Shown here in pieces: positions 12,339-25,146 of a stretch of 64,000 nucleotides of DNA. A model generated the notes under the pieces. That model saw nothing but the letters and a program-made list of their open reading frames with translations, had not been told where the DNA came from and did no database searches. The stretch comes from Hormiphora californensis (taxonomy: Eukaryota; Animalia; Ctenophora), in assembly GCA_020137815.1 (NCBI GenBank), contig CM035361.1:4650001-4714000 (forward strand), written 5' to 3'. Position numbers and translations under genes: made by a program. The stretch's first letter is position 1; every line of letters starts with the position of its first letter.

Positions 12339-14977
12339 ACTGTTTCTTTCACTATATCTCTCTTTTTTCTCTCTCCTCTTATTTATCTCTCCATCTTTCT
12401 TGATTATATCTCACCCTTTCTATCCTAATTTCCTTTGCCTTTATCTCTCTCGATATCCATCATATTTGACATTTATAGCCTAAAGGTGTTACCCCCGTGA
12501 CACCACATGGGCCCGGGCATCCAAACTAATTTATTTAATTGGTTTTTGGACTAAATTTCTGTTCTTTTTGGTGTAAAATAGAAAAAGCTATTTTTTCGGA
12601 ATTTTTTCTGATTTCTGCATATTTTCGAATTTGAATAATTCATAAATATGCGAATAACGACTAAACAGTGAGAGATACGACTTTTTTTCAGGGGGACGAC
12701 CCCCCATAAATCGACTATTCTGCGCCGGAATATGTCCATGAAAACGTTCTAGGACCATCCGAAGTGGAAATATTAAGAATATGCATTAAATCATGAATCG
12801 GTGCATAAATATGCAAATAACGGCTTAACGGTGCGAGATGGAGATTTTTGTCCCGAGTAAGACCCCCCATAAATCGACTATTTTGCGTCGAAATATGTCC
12901 AAGAAAACGTTCTAGGACCAGCTGAACTGGAAATATTCAGAATATGCATTAAATTACGAATCGGTGCATAAATATGCAAATAACGGCTAAACGGTGCGAG
13001 ATACGACTTTTTGTCCGGGGGACGACCCTCCATAAATCGATTATTTTGTGTCGAAATATGTCCATGAAAACGCTCTAGGACCAGCCGAAGTGAAAATATT
13101 GAAAATAGGCATAAAATCGTGAATATAGGTGCATAAATATGCAAATGACGGCTTAACGGTGCGAGATATAGATTTTTGTCCCGAGTAAGACCCCCCATAA
13201 ACCGACCCTTCCGCGTCGAATAAGACCGGTTTCAAGTCTTTATGACCTTCCAGTCGTGTCATATCGCAACCATGGTTAAAATGAATATTTAATGAATAAT
13301 TAATGAATAATTAATGAACTATGGCGATTTCGAAGTTCTCACACAGCTATTACCGAGCGCAATGATGTAAGGAACCACTGTTCCAAACGGCAAGTCTCTA
13401 CTATTTGTAGTTTAGGAGAACACTCAAAGATAAAAAAGCGTCCTCCCCCTCCCCTCCCCTCCCCTCCCCTCCCCTCCCCTCCCCTCCCCTCCCCTCCCCC
13501 TCCTTACATTTTTGCATTTTGGGACCCCTCTGGCAAATTTTTACCTTACATCCTATCGTTCTGAAAATTTGCATGCCTCTTCTCCTATATGAGGGCCCTT
13601 GGAGTACAAAATTTCAGCTTTCTACTTCATCTGGAACATGCTTTTTTAAAGCATCAAAAACCTCGAAATCTGCAATGGTATATAGTAGCACTGGCAGGTT
13701 TTCACGCGCTTGTGTGTAGGAGTGTTGCGTGTGCTCTCTCTTTTGTTTTTTGAGTTAGAGGGTATTTCTAAGGTGGGGGCTGTGCCCCCACACTAGGGTT
13801 ATCTATTTGCGCAACGAAAGTCATACTGGAATGTTCGGGCGTCCAGCATGATGACCAGGGGACTTAAGGGGTTCAGAGAATCACTTGCGCGTAGGCAGCA
13901 ACCCTGTGGGCGAGCCGTACGGGCCGATAGTTAATAATAGTTTTTTAAAGTTTTTAAAAGTTAATAAAAGTTAAAAATGCGCGGCACCCTGAAAAGCCGA
14001 AAAAAATTAACTTTTTCAGGGTTCCGCGCATTTTTAACTATTTATAACTTTTATTAACTTTTAAAAACTTTAAAAAACTATTATTAACTATCGGCCCGTA
14101 CGGCTCGCCCACAGGGTTGCTGCCTGCGCGCATATGATTCTCTGAATCCATTTAGACCCCCGGTCCTCATGCTGGACGCCCGAAGTCTCGAAAAGCCAAT
14201 TCCAAAGATCGATAACCCTACCCCACACCCCCCTTTTGGGCCCGGGGCACTTGCCAGTGCTATGATTGTATATATGATTGTAGTTAGGGGCACATTAGTT
14301 ACAACCTTTTAACCGACCCATTTCAATTAGTACAACTCTACTCGGTGTTCCCCAATATTCTCGAGGGGTTCTCTATTTTATCTCTTCTTGCCACATTGGC
14401 AATTCTCACTCTAGGGGAACACTAGGTAACGGATCGGGGGAACTCCTAATGCCTAGTTTAGGGTACAAAGTGTCTCCAGCCTCACTTCTAGCCACATTGG
14501 CAACTCTCTACAAGTGGGGACACTTAGTATCGGCAATAGGAGCTTCACGTATGGTTGGATCGGCCAGTCACAAATCCTAAGGATACTGATCGGTGTAAGG
14601 ATAGGGGTCTTGCACGCTGCTAGACCAGCAAGGTTTATTGGGCTGGAAACCCCAGTCCGTAGGTTGTCGAGCACGCTCAAGGGGAGGTCTAGTTACCCTT
14701 GTAGCGCCTAGCATTTTACAGTCCGTGCTGACGGCTCGGCTCACCCTACAGCCCTGATTGGTCACGGTTGCGCGTCGTCTTACTGTATCTTCGTTTTCCA
14801 TTACCGTTTTCCCACTACAAGCGACCGTGTTAGATTGAGCTCACAATATGTGAACAGGTGGCAACATGGACATAGCAATTTCACTTACCCTCCAATACCG
14901 GCTGGACGTTTTCTCTGATCCCCGTTTCCAGAGTAATTAGAATTGGCAAAGTTGTTCAAGCTGTTCATACCGTTCAT
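9247..14977 (-). CDS. Uncharacterised low-complexity (N/S/G-rich) protein
   Basis: Phase-consistent exons 14977-14889, 11392-11232, 9669-9609, 9370-9247 give [58 protein letters not shown]...ESRFRNWNRKIPLNLFLFIKFFKKFYDFTTIKELLNAKWWWWW*. No family recognised; the last-exon frame is uncertain. Confidence 0.55.
9461..9592. mobile_element. MITE family B
   Basis: CAGTCGGACCCCGATTTAAC...CGGGGTGCTGACTG, TA TSD. Confidence 0.8.
9691..11054. mobile_element. Non-autonomous Tc1/pogo-like transposon with a nested hairpin element (~10306-10602)
   Basis: TIR CCGTAA(TC/GT)TGGGGTAACTTTG, TA TSD; internal ATCCGGCCTGAAACC...GGTTTCAGGCCGGAT arms of about 95 bp. Confidence 0.85.
12115..12555. repeat. ~73-bp perfect inverted repeat pair around a (CT)n-rich spacer
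   Basis: 12115-12187 is the reverse complement of 12483-12555. Confidence 0.85.
12660..13205. repeat. ~163-bp tandem repeats, probably internal to a DNA transposon starting near 12483
   Basis: Recurring CGGTGCGAGAT...GACCCCCCATAAATCGAC...GAAATATGTCC units. Confidence 0.7.
13834..14184. mobile_element. Foldback/palindromic element
   Basis: TTCGGGCGTCCAGCATGA...TCATGCTGGACGCCCGAA; arms of about 160 bp with a short loop. Confidence 0.8.
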
Positions 14978-17900
14978 TCAACAATAAGGGAAAAAGGAAA
15001 TGAGCTACATTTGTATAACAAGCATGTTTTACAACTGGGGGCTGCTGTGATGTACATATACCGCGTCGAAAAAAACAAGAAAGTCACGCAGTTTTGACTG
15101 ATAAACAAATTAAGGTAAAACTAAAATGAGTTGAAATTGTGCAACTTTTGTTAGCAAACTGTGGGCTAAACATTGTGGAAGCATCCCGGGAATTACTAAA
15201 CAAAGATAAAAAAGATTCCCACGTTTTAGTATATTGTCACACTCTCTCACTTTCTCTCACTTTCTCTCTCTCTCTCTCTCTCACTTTCTCTCTCTCCTCT
15301 ATATTTTTTTCTATCTCTCTCTCCCTCTTTTTATTTGGATATTGGATAACAATATTATAGGTACCATTATGCCACCTCGATTACGTAGGTTCTAAAATGG
15401 ACCCAGATAATGATGACACATAGCATTTACTGGCCCCAAATCCCCAATTCACCGGCCCCCTATCTACCGAACGTATAAGCGTATAAATTTCCCCCGATAT
15501 ACCGGATAATAGTAATCGGATACCCCGATTTACCTGAGCATCCCGATAAATTGGGATCTGACTATAACTTTGCAGCGCTGCAGGAGTCGTAAACAAAAGT
15601 ATGGGGAGCGAGTAAGTGTTTAATGAATCTAATTCCTATAATACAACACTAAATTATGAGACAATGATACTGCATATATTCACATTGAGCCAGAGCTGGA
15701 TGCTTGCCTAGCTCGACCCCCTTTTAGGGTTAGAACATAACAGGGGATGCACGTTATGCAAGATAGAGGGAGCCCAACTCTATCTCACAGAACGTCCTTC
15801 AAGGACTAGAGAGAGAGAGAGGGAGAAAGTCATATATAGGCTATATAATAGAGAAAGAGGGGGAGAGGAAGTCGGGGATCTGGGAACTATAGGAAGCATA
15901 ATGTGCACTATATAGTCCCTGAATGAAAATGCTCTACTGTAATCCAAAGAGAATGGGGGGCAACATTTACATTTATGTGGTGAAAGAAAAGTAACCTAAT
16001 ATTCAGCGGGCTTGGTTTCACATTCAAAAGTACCAGAAACTATTCAGTTTTGCATCTCCATGACTAAAGTCATCCAATTGTATTTACGTCGACGTATGTG
16101 AAAGAAGAGAATGCAAAAGGAAATCTAACGTCCGATCATATAAGGATGAAAAGTATAGGACTTGTTCTCTTGTTGCCATAGACATTTTACAAAACAAAGG
16201 TGACATGAAAATACAATTGATCAAAACATATGTTGCGTGATCATGATTCTAGATTGCACTGTGATTCTAATTCTGCCATATAAAGACAAAGTATAAGGGA
16301 TATGTATCTTGATTTTGATACCAAAGCAGAATAAACAATTTGGCGTAGAGCCAGCACCTCGAGTATATTATATAGCAGTAAAATATACTGCAGTACCTTT
16401 CAACAAATTTATGCAAGTGTAATACACTGTCTATATATCTCTTTGCTTTTCTATCTTATACTCTAGACCAACTATGACATAAACTACGCGATGAGGTGAA
16501 ACTTACACGAATTTTCATTCGTATGACATAAACTATAGTTATAATAACAAAATATAGGCCAATCCGGGATACCCTCCCGGCTCCCCTACAGCTTCCCAAG
16601 CCCCTTTCCTCCATTTTACCTATGTGATACAGCCCCGGCCTCATTTGTAACTCCCTTTTGATAGTTCTCACTGAGTAGCATGGCAGTGAGTACATTCGGC
16701 CCCCGATTTACCAGGTTCTGATTTAGCGGAACCTCGATTTACCGGGAGGATAAACTTCCCCCGATATAGAGGAAGTAAGTAGTACACACACAGTGAGTAG
16801 TATAAAATATTCAAGTGGTGTAGTATAAAATATTCAAGTAGTGTCGATGTCAAACTTTGATCACGTCGTACAGACCTTCACAATTGCAGTGTATTAAGAA
16901 TAAAATAAGATAAGAATTAAAAGTTTTCAGATGCATGTCAGCCGTTTTCAGCAGGATCGGTTGAAATTGAGTTAAATAGGGATTATTCACTCGATCTCTC
17001 CCAGCTGTATAACAGGACCTGCACAAACTAATAGGGGGGCGGCCAACTAGGAAATCAAAATGGACAGTATAATAATACTCCGGAGAGAGGGGGTCCGGGG
17101 CAGCATGGTCTGGGTATTATATTGAATGAAGAGAGAGAGAGAGGGAGAGAGATAAAGAGAATAAAGAGAGATAAAGAGACAAGAGTGAGCTGGGTGGAAA
17201 GCATCAAAACATAAGGGTATCAAATTCCCCTCATGTCCCATTATCCAATAAACTTCTTTGTTTGTTATTCAGCGCACTCATAAACTGATAACAGACAAGA
17301 TCTTCTAGAATCTCAATCTCCACCATGGGGGGGGGGGGGCTGTCTGGCGCCGCTGACCCCATCTGTGTTATTTTTAGCTCGGGATTTTACTTCCTTACTA
17401 GTCAGCAAGTCACGACTTCCATCAGTTGTATGTTATCAATACGGTTTTTTTCAAATTGCCTGTTTTTTGTAATACATAATTTGAATACTGAATAGCTAGT
17501 TTTGTAACCTTATATTCCTGTTATCACTAACTCAATACAAATTTATCCAGCGGTTGGGACGGCGTCTGAGTACGCTTTTTATCTAAAATGGCTTGAAGCC
17601 GAAATATGACAGTGTGGACTATACAATAGAGATTTGACTTCGTAATTTATACTTCTAGGAAACAGGAAACGAATGGAACCATTAAAATGAAAGTGAAAAT
17701 ACGCCTGACACTCGCTTACGGCTCGCGTGGGCTCATACCGGGCCGAAGAGTCGACATACTGAGGGGGGAAACACTGTCGTGCCTGACCGTATTCCCCTGA
17801 TATCATTATTACATATGATACGAATTAAACATCATTGGAAATGTAAAACTCAAAGCAGTTATACAACATAATAAACTTTCAGTTCATAATTATAAACTCC

Positions 17901-18397
17901 ATGTTTTTTTGCACCAAAGTGTCCCTCAAATTAAGTTCAAAACCATCCACTGATCTGCTACTCATTAAGTGCAAAACAACAATCACCGGCTGTCAAGTCA
18001 GCAACTACAACTTCTCTAACTCCTTAATTGCCGCCTCGCTGGGATCAGAAGAGAATGAAAAAGTAAAGGAGAATATTATTCTCCAAAAATAATATTCTCC
18101 GAGAATGTACTTTTCTAATTCCTTCGCCGAGAGAAGAGGACAAGACAGTAAAGAAGGAGGGGGATACCAACGAAAAAGCACTGCATAATCCGAACCCAGT
18201 CGATGTTCTTGCGTCTGCTTTTGCTAGATAACTCACTAGAAGTGGGAATTGATATTTAGTTAATTATTTTACTTTTTAGATGATGATATAGTCAATATCA
18301 TTTAAAGAAATTGAAGACTAATATCGAAAATTCCAGTGAATCGGGGTTTGATTCCCGACCAAGCCCTGTCTGGCAGTATGAAATACATTATACTTAC

Positions 18398-19291
18398 ATG
18401 ATACAGTCAAGAGGAGCACGGTGAAGTCCAAGGCCAAGAATAAACGCAACCAGACCACCTGAAATATAATTAAATTACATGCCCATATATGGTCTTAGAT
18501 AAAGTTTTAGGTTACATACAGATGTTTCAGAGAAAACGCTATATCATATTCATCATATTGTTTCTCATCTCATCTTAGATCAGTTATTACAGTCGGACCC
18601 CGATTATTCTCCCCCGATATAGGAAGTTAAAATTATTTGACCCCGATTTAGCATGGACACCCCGATTTAGTGGACAAAACCCTTTCCCCCGAGGATGCCG
18701 CTAAATCGGGGTCCGACTGTACATTCATTTAGCTCCTAGGAATTTAAAAAACACCCCTAGAATACTGATCCCGTAACAAATTGATCTGCGTACCTCCAAA
18801 AGCAAGCCCAAGGTTCTTGCTGTCCATATATTTGGTAGCAAAAACAACAACAAACATGGCCACGAGGAAGAGCCACAAAATCAGTGCGTCATTTGAACAC
18901 TCCTTATCTAAGGGAAGGGGAGACTAGTTTATTAATTAGTAATTATCAATTAGTTAATACAGTTACAAACAAAGCCGTTCTGGAGCGGCAATACAGAATG
19001 GGACTGCAGCGCCCACGGGAATCATAAGAACGGCTGCAGCTTCCCCCAAGATACGCCGGGTTGGTATTATATCCCGGCACTACAATGTTGAGCTCAATCG
19101 ATCCAATTACGAACCGAGAGCAGCAAACAAATTAAAATTAAAACAAATTAAAACAAGTCGGTTTTTGTAATTTGTTATATCCTGGAACTAAACTCACCGT
19201 TAATCTCCAGTATCCGAACGGTTAAAGCATAACCCAGGGAGGAAATAAGCACGAATATCTCATCAGGAAGGTAATGGTGAAACGGCTGCAT
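18398..19291 (-). CDS. Small multi-pass membrane protein, 5' exons only (3' end unresolved)
   Basis: Exons 19291-19198, 18907-18794, 18458-18398 join in phase: MQPFHHYLPDEIFVLISSLGYALTVRILEINDKECSNDALILWLFLVAMFVVVFATKYMDSKNLGLAFGGGLVAFILGLGLHRAPLDCI; three hydrophobic segments. Confidence 0.6.
18590..18719. mobile_element. MITE family B
   Basis: CAGTCGGACCCCGATT...AATCGGGGTCCGACTG, TA TSD. Confidence 0.85.
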
Positions 19292-20134
19292 TTTCTAGCT
19301 ATATTGATCAGCTCTAACTGATTTGGTAAAAAAGAGATTAGGGAAAGAGGGGAAATATAGGCGTGGTATGTGGGACATGGGTACCTCACAAAACTTCATG
19401 GGTCTCACAAAACTTTGAAATGGCATTGGCCGACTCGGATACAAATTGTGACTATCAGATTCAGCCGCGATGAATTTATTCTTTCTGTATCATTCATTAT
19501 TCAATATGCATTGTTCATTGCTCATACTACATGAAAGAAATCATACAACAACAACTCCAAGCAATCCTGACTGGCAATTTCAGTCATCACAATGGACAGG
19601 CAAATTCCCACCCACCCTACTACAAAGCTGCAGACAATGCATTGATTTAAATATAATTTCCGTTCCTCTCTCAACCTATCTCCTCTGTCTCTCTCAACCT
19701 ATAACATACAGCTACTGCTGCTGAATCAACTGTAGAACTGTCATCGAGCGAAGCATCGTCTCTGAGACCTACGGGAATCCGTGCAATGCCGTTACACTCT
19801 CACACTGTCTTGTAAATAAAATGTTAGTGTTACATAAATTCACACAGACAAGCAAACCTAGGACTGTGGATTATTCCTGACTACAATACAACTGCAGAAG
19901 TTGTTGTTGAGTAAGGGCTGTCAGTTTAATGACCGGATTTAAAAGAAGTTAGAATAGGGTCAGGACTTAGGGGGCCTAGCCAGGTGTCATGTCAGGACAA
20001 TGCTAAGGGGTACTGCAGAAGTTGGTCTAAAGTTGCTGGCTATAGGAAAGTGAGATAAATGTATGGAGCCGAGTTAATTGCCTAGCGCTGGGAAATTGAA
20101 GAAAACGGATGAGAGAGATGGGTACGGGAACAAG

Positions 20135-20714
20135 GGTGGGCGGACTCTAGTGCTAACGGACTCTTTATCTAAACCCAAGGCGGACTCTATATCTAAAAAC
20201 GGACTCTTTATCTACAGTTAGATTTTGAAAAAAGTTTAGATAAAGAGTCCTCCCTGTGTAGACTTTTTAGATAAAGAGTCCGCCCTGTGTAGAATTTTTA
20301 GATATAGAGTCCTCTAGTACATTTTGGCGCCAAATCCTCCAACCCGGACTCTATGTCTAAAATCCTAACCCAACCCAAAACCTAACCCTAACACTAACCC
20401 TAACCCTAACCTCGAACCCAAATAACGGCCCTAACACTTCTAAATTAGTATAGGGGTAGAGCAAACTCTCGTTTCCGGCCTAACGGCCGAAATCTCGAGT
20501 TCGCGGCGAAAGGCGGACTCTATATCTAATTTAGATTTATGTAGATATAGAGTCCACTTTGTTTAGACTTTTTAGATAAAGAGTCCGCCCTGTGTAGACT
20601 TTTTAGATAAAGAGTCCTCCTAGAGTTTAGACTTATTTGGACTCTTTATCTAAATCTAAATTTAGATATAGAGTCCACTGTAGACTTAGAGTGTAGCACT
20701 AGAGTCCGCACACC
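20135..20714. mobile_element. MULE-like non-autonomous element containing a short (CCCTAA)n tract
   Basis: TIR GGTG(G/T)GCGGACTCTAGTGCTA; exact 9-bp TSD GGGAACAAG (20126-20134, 20715-20723); many GGACTCTTTATCTAA subrepeats. Confidence 0.87.
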
Positions 20715-20730
20715 GGGAACAAGACGAGAG

Positions 20731-20856
<126 letters not shown>

Positions 20857-21619
20857 GTACAGGAAGCCTGTTGATATTGGCTGCAGCAAACTGCTGCACT
20901 GTTACAGCTGCAAGACAGGAAGCAAGCTATGCATTGCATGAATAATGGGAGAGAGAGGGGGAAGGGGTACTGTAACACATGCAGGTGCAGAATAAGATGA
21001 GTGGGTCGTTTGATAGGGCAGGAATAACGATGCCTGAGCACCTAGTAGGGTAAATCGGGCCTGATACAATATTGATTGTATCGAGATATCTTTCACGATC
21101 TAATCGGAGTGTTGTACATGATGTGGCCACGAACTGCTCAACCACCATTAAATTGTGGTAGCCGAAAGTAACTAAGAAAGTAGCTAAATGCAGTGATATT
21201 GGTACATGAAATGAAGTAGTTGTCTCACTGCTATTTTGTTTTCTTGCACTTTGAGTACTTCATTCTGGAAATTTCAGAGCTGTTCTATTCGGCTTCATTT
21301 TGGAATCAGTTTAGTACATCCACTGTGTAAGCTGTTTATCCGTTCTGTAACGAACACACCAACATTCACCAAGAGGAATCTAGTGAACAATACTCACTAT
21401 ATAAAACACCGCTGCAGTTGCTGCGGAGAGGAAACTTCATCTGTTCCGGTTGACTTCATATATTGAATCTACTAGCTGTCAGAACTAATGGTAGGGAAGA
21501 GAGGAAGAGATATATGGAGTGAGTGAGTGAGATAGATACTAGAGACGTGAAGAGAGGGAGGGACAGAGAAAGAGAGAGAGGTAAATATACTAGGGAGAGC
21601 AAGAGAGAGAAAGAACGGC

Positions 21620-23192
21620 GGATGACAATAGAGATTACCAAAAACGGAGGAGCTGAACCACCGTGACAACTAGCAAGACATTTTTTCGCGCCCTACATAC
21701 ATGAAAGTTCACAACTAGCAGCTCAGCATTGTCACGTGACCAAAACTAGCCCTAATCATTGGTTGACCGGTGACCGTACACCCCTCTTGATTGGGTGTTG
21801 TATTACCACGTGTACATCCCCGTGATCTGTTTTTAACCAATAGGGGGGCCTTCACTCTTACACTTCTTACACACGTTCTGGCCCTCTAGCCGGACTGATT
21901 CTAACGAAAAAGCTACAGAGAAGATTCAAAATATATTTTTCAAATTCCAGGAATAATAAGGAAAATTATTTTAATAGACTAGTAGAGCTGGGGCGATCGT
22001 ACTGATCGCGAATCGAGGAATCTTTCTCTCATCTCTCTCTGTGTCAATCCCACTCTGTCTCTATGTCACTCCTTCTCCAACTCACTCTGCCTCCAACTCA
22101 CTCCGTCTCCATCTCACTCTGTCTCCATCTCATTTTCTGTCTTCATCTCACCCTATCTCCATCTCACTCTGTCTCCATCTCACTCTGTCTCCATCTCATT
22201 TTCTGTCTCCAACTCACTCTGTCTCCATCTCATTTTCTGTCTTCATCTCACTTTGTCTCCATCTCATTCTCTGTCTCCAACTCACTCTGTCTTCATCTCA
22301 CCCTGTCTCCATCTCACTCTGTCTCCATCTCACTTTGTCTCCAACTCACTCTGTCTCCAACTCACTCTGTCTCCATCTCATTTTCTGTCTTCATCTCACC
22401 CTGTCTCCATCTCACTCTGTCTCCATCTCACTCTGTCTCCATCTCATTTTGTCTCCATCTCATTCTCTGTCTCCAACTCACTCTGCCTCCAACTCACTCC
22501 GTCTCCATCTCACTCTGTCTCCATCTCACTCTGTCTCCATCTCATTTTCTGTCTCCAACTCACTCTGTCTCCATCTCATTTTCTGTCTTCATCTCACTTT
22601 GTCTCCATCTCATTCTCTGTCTCCAACTTACTCTGTCTCCATCTCACTCCGTCTCCATCTCACTGATCTGTCTCCATCTCACCCTGTCTCCATCTCAATT
22701 TGTCTCCAAAACTACAGCCGGATCAGAGAGGGAAAGATAATGTTAAAAAACCGGAGAGGGCAAAGGTGTCAGTTGTACAACAAAAGTGGTCACCTTTCCA
22801 GTCAACTAATTTCTGTTAGTTTTTGGCATAGTTATGTTTAAATTTATTTCAATAACATTCCTTTTTATTATTCTTGATCTATTTTGAATCTTCGCTATTA
22901 CTTCTCTAGAATCAGACCTGCTAGTGGGCCTGAACGATGGGTGTAGGTGCGAATGTGTAAGGTCAGCGATTGGTTAAAAACAGATCACGGGGATGTACAC
23001 GTGGTAATACAACACCCAATCAAGAGGGGTGTACGGTCACCGGTCAACCAATGATTAGGGCTAGTTATGGTCACGTGACAATGCTGAGCAGCTAGGTACT
23101 GAACTTTCATGTATGTAGGGCGCGAAACGTTTTAGAGAGCCAGTTACTCCGGTGGTTCAGCTCCTTCACTTTTGGTAATCTCTATGACATGA
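21620..23192. mobile_element. Long-TIR element enclosing a 16-bp minisatellite
   Basis: Arms ~21620-21975 and ~22845-23192 are inverted copies; 22040-22706 is (GTCTCCATCTCACTCT)n. No TSD identified. Confidence 0.75.
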
Positions 23193-23774
23193 CAGCGAGG
23201 GATAATTCGAGTTAATTTACAGAAGATCCAGGGTTCTATGCGTTTCCATGGTGACAATCCATAATCTTCTTGTTGAGTTAGGGCCGGGGTCAACAATGAT
23301 CTTCTCTACTTAAGCTGATTCATCATTGAGATATTATAGCTCAGGTTGACTAGTATTATTATAGACTCTCCCATCTTTCTCCTGTTTTGTCTATGATCCT
23401 ATAATGTTTATGCTTTATGCTGCATTACCGCAAATGAAATTACCATTACTTATTCAAATCCAATAAAACCTAGTATGTTATTCAATTCAGTTACCATGGC
23501 AACCGAGTTCAGTTTATCAGGGAAACCAGTTGTGAAACGGTAGTTTAAGTTAGCATGAAGGTTCAGTACCATGCTCACCGTGATTTCCATAGTTATGTCC
23601 CTTGACGGGTTATGTGCTTTAGCTTTCAAGCTCTTCATGCGTACGTAAGGGATATAATTATAGAGTTAAAGTTCATATCGTGATGTGTGCGGACCTGTAA
23701 TCGGATCATAGGCCAGAGTGTGAGACTGTGCTGTTGCATGCCTTTGAGACACACTTGTAGGCCGAAATACTCCC

Positions 23775-23851
<77 letters not shown>

Positions 23852-25146
23852 TCATCGTATCAGTTTGTAGCCTTTACTGTTATTAATTTATCCTGTGCAG
23901 TAATTATTGAAACTATGATTCGGGGATTTTTAAACTGCTTTCAGTATCATGAGGGGTGCCGGGCGGTAAAAAATTCGGGATCGACCCTTTTTCTTTTGAT
24001 GGCGCCCGGGAATAAACCCACGGAGGATTTGTTGAGTAGGAGGATCCATTGTTCGGGATTCAGTCGGGTCCTTTCAGTGAATATGATACGGTGTTCTAAA
24101 TCTTGAATGTGTTCTAGTAACAGTTCATTTTCGGCTCCGTTTCTATAGTAATTCATTTGTAGTTTGCTATCTATATGGGTTCATGCTAGGAATCTCAATC
24201 TATTTCCAAATCGGAAGTTATTACATGATTGTTAAATGACAAATTATCTGCAAAGAAAATATCATGACCAAGGGGTATAGTAAGTCGATTGAGAAATTGT
24301 TCGTGACGGTGTATCACTGTATTGCATTGAAAGATATTTAGTGTGAAGTGACTATTAGTAGCTTCCTAAATCGCTTATTACACAATACACTATATAATTA
24401 AATAAAATAATTATCAATCATAGTGGTGTCGCTGTGGCCTCCGTTGATTTGCCTTTCTTTGACAGCGGCCGCCCTTACGGAGTGAAAACTACAGTTGACA
24501 TTGTCTTCAGTCTTACTGAGGATGAAATAGATGAGGTATAGAGTTATACAATACACATGTCCGATGAGGTGTGATATTATAGATGAGGTAGACATTCGAG
24601 TTGAATAGCTATTAGCTAAATGTGTCCTCAATGTGTCCTCAATGTGTCCTCAAAAGTTCCGTAGGCAGTATGTCATACTACCAAATGTACGGTTTAAATT
24701 AGGATCAATATTTCAAGGGCTGTTTTGAGATCATGTCGTCGCTACTATAAAACGAATAAAGGATACATTGTGACTTTCTTTGTGACAAAATACAAAATGA
24801 CATACCAAATTGACCGGTGTTGGTTCCTGTGAACTTCACCACTCATTCTTTCAGTACACAAGTTACCAAAGCTGTAAAGAACTAAGGTGTACCGCCCTCC
24901 AATTTACCCTGCTTCCTGTTTTGAACAGACATGATCCCCACCAAGCTGACAAGGTATTAAATGTATGCCATTGAGTCAAGATATTACATGACGGTTAAAT
25001 AGGAGTTTGTAATATTATTTAATATCCAGAGGGGCATTAAAGTAGAGACGATGTGGCTGTACTCTCTATAGTATACTTAGAGTTGTTTTCCTTCTTTTGC
25101 AGTTTGCTCAGTTCAACTTTTTTTCAACTTTTGTTCGCCTTTTCAG

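Noticed and set aside
12150-12483. SLSLSL/ERERER ORFs (also near 20.7, 23.7, 54.3 and 56.3 kb)
   Set aside because: Translations of (CT)n/(GA)n microsatellites.
14700-14819. Possible tiny solo LTR (TGTAG...CTACA)
   Set aside because: No TSD, no second copy and no adjacent retroviral coding sequence.
22041-22841. 266-aa ORF and overlapping ORFs
   Set aside because: Stop-free 16-bp minisatellite open in all three frames.
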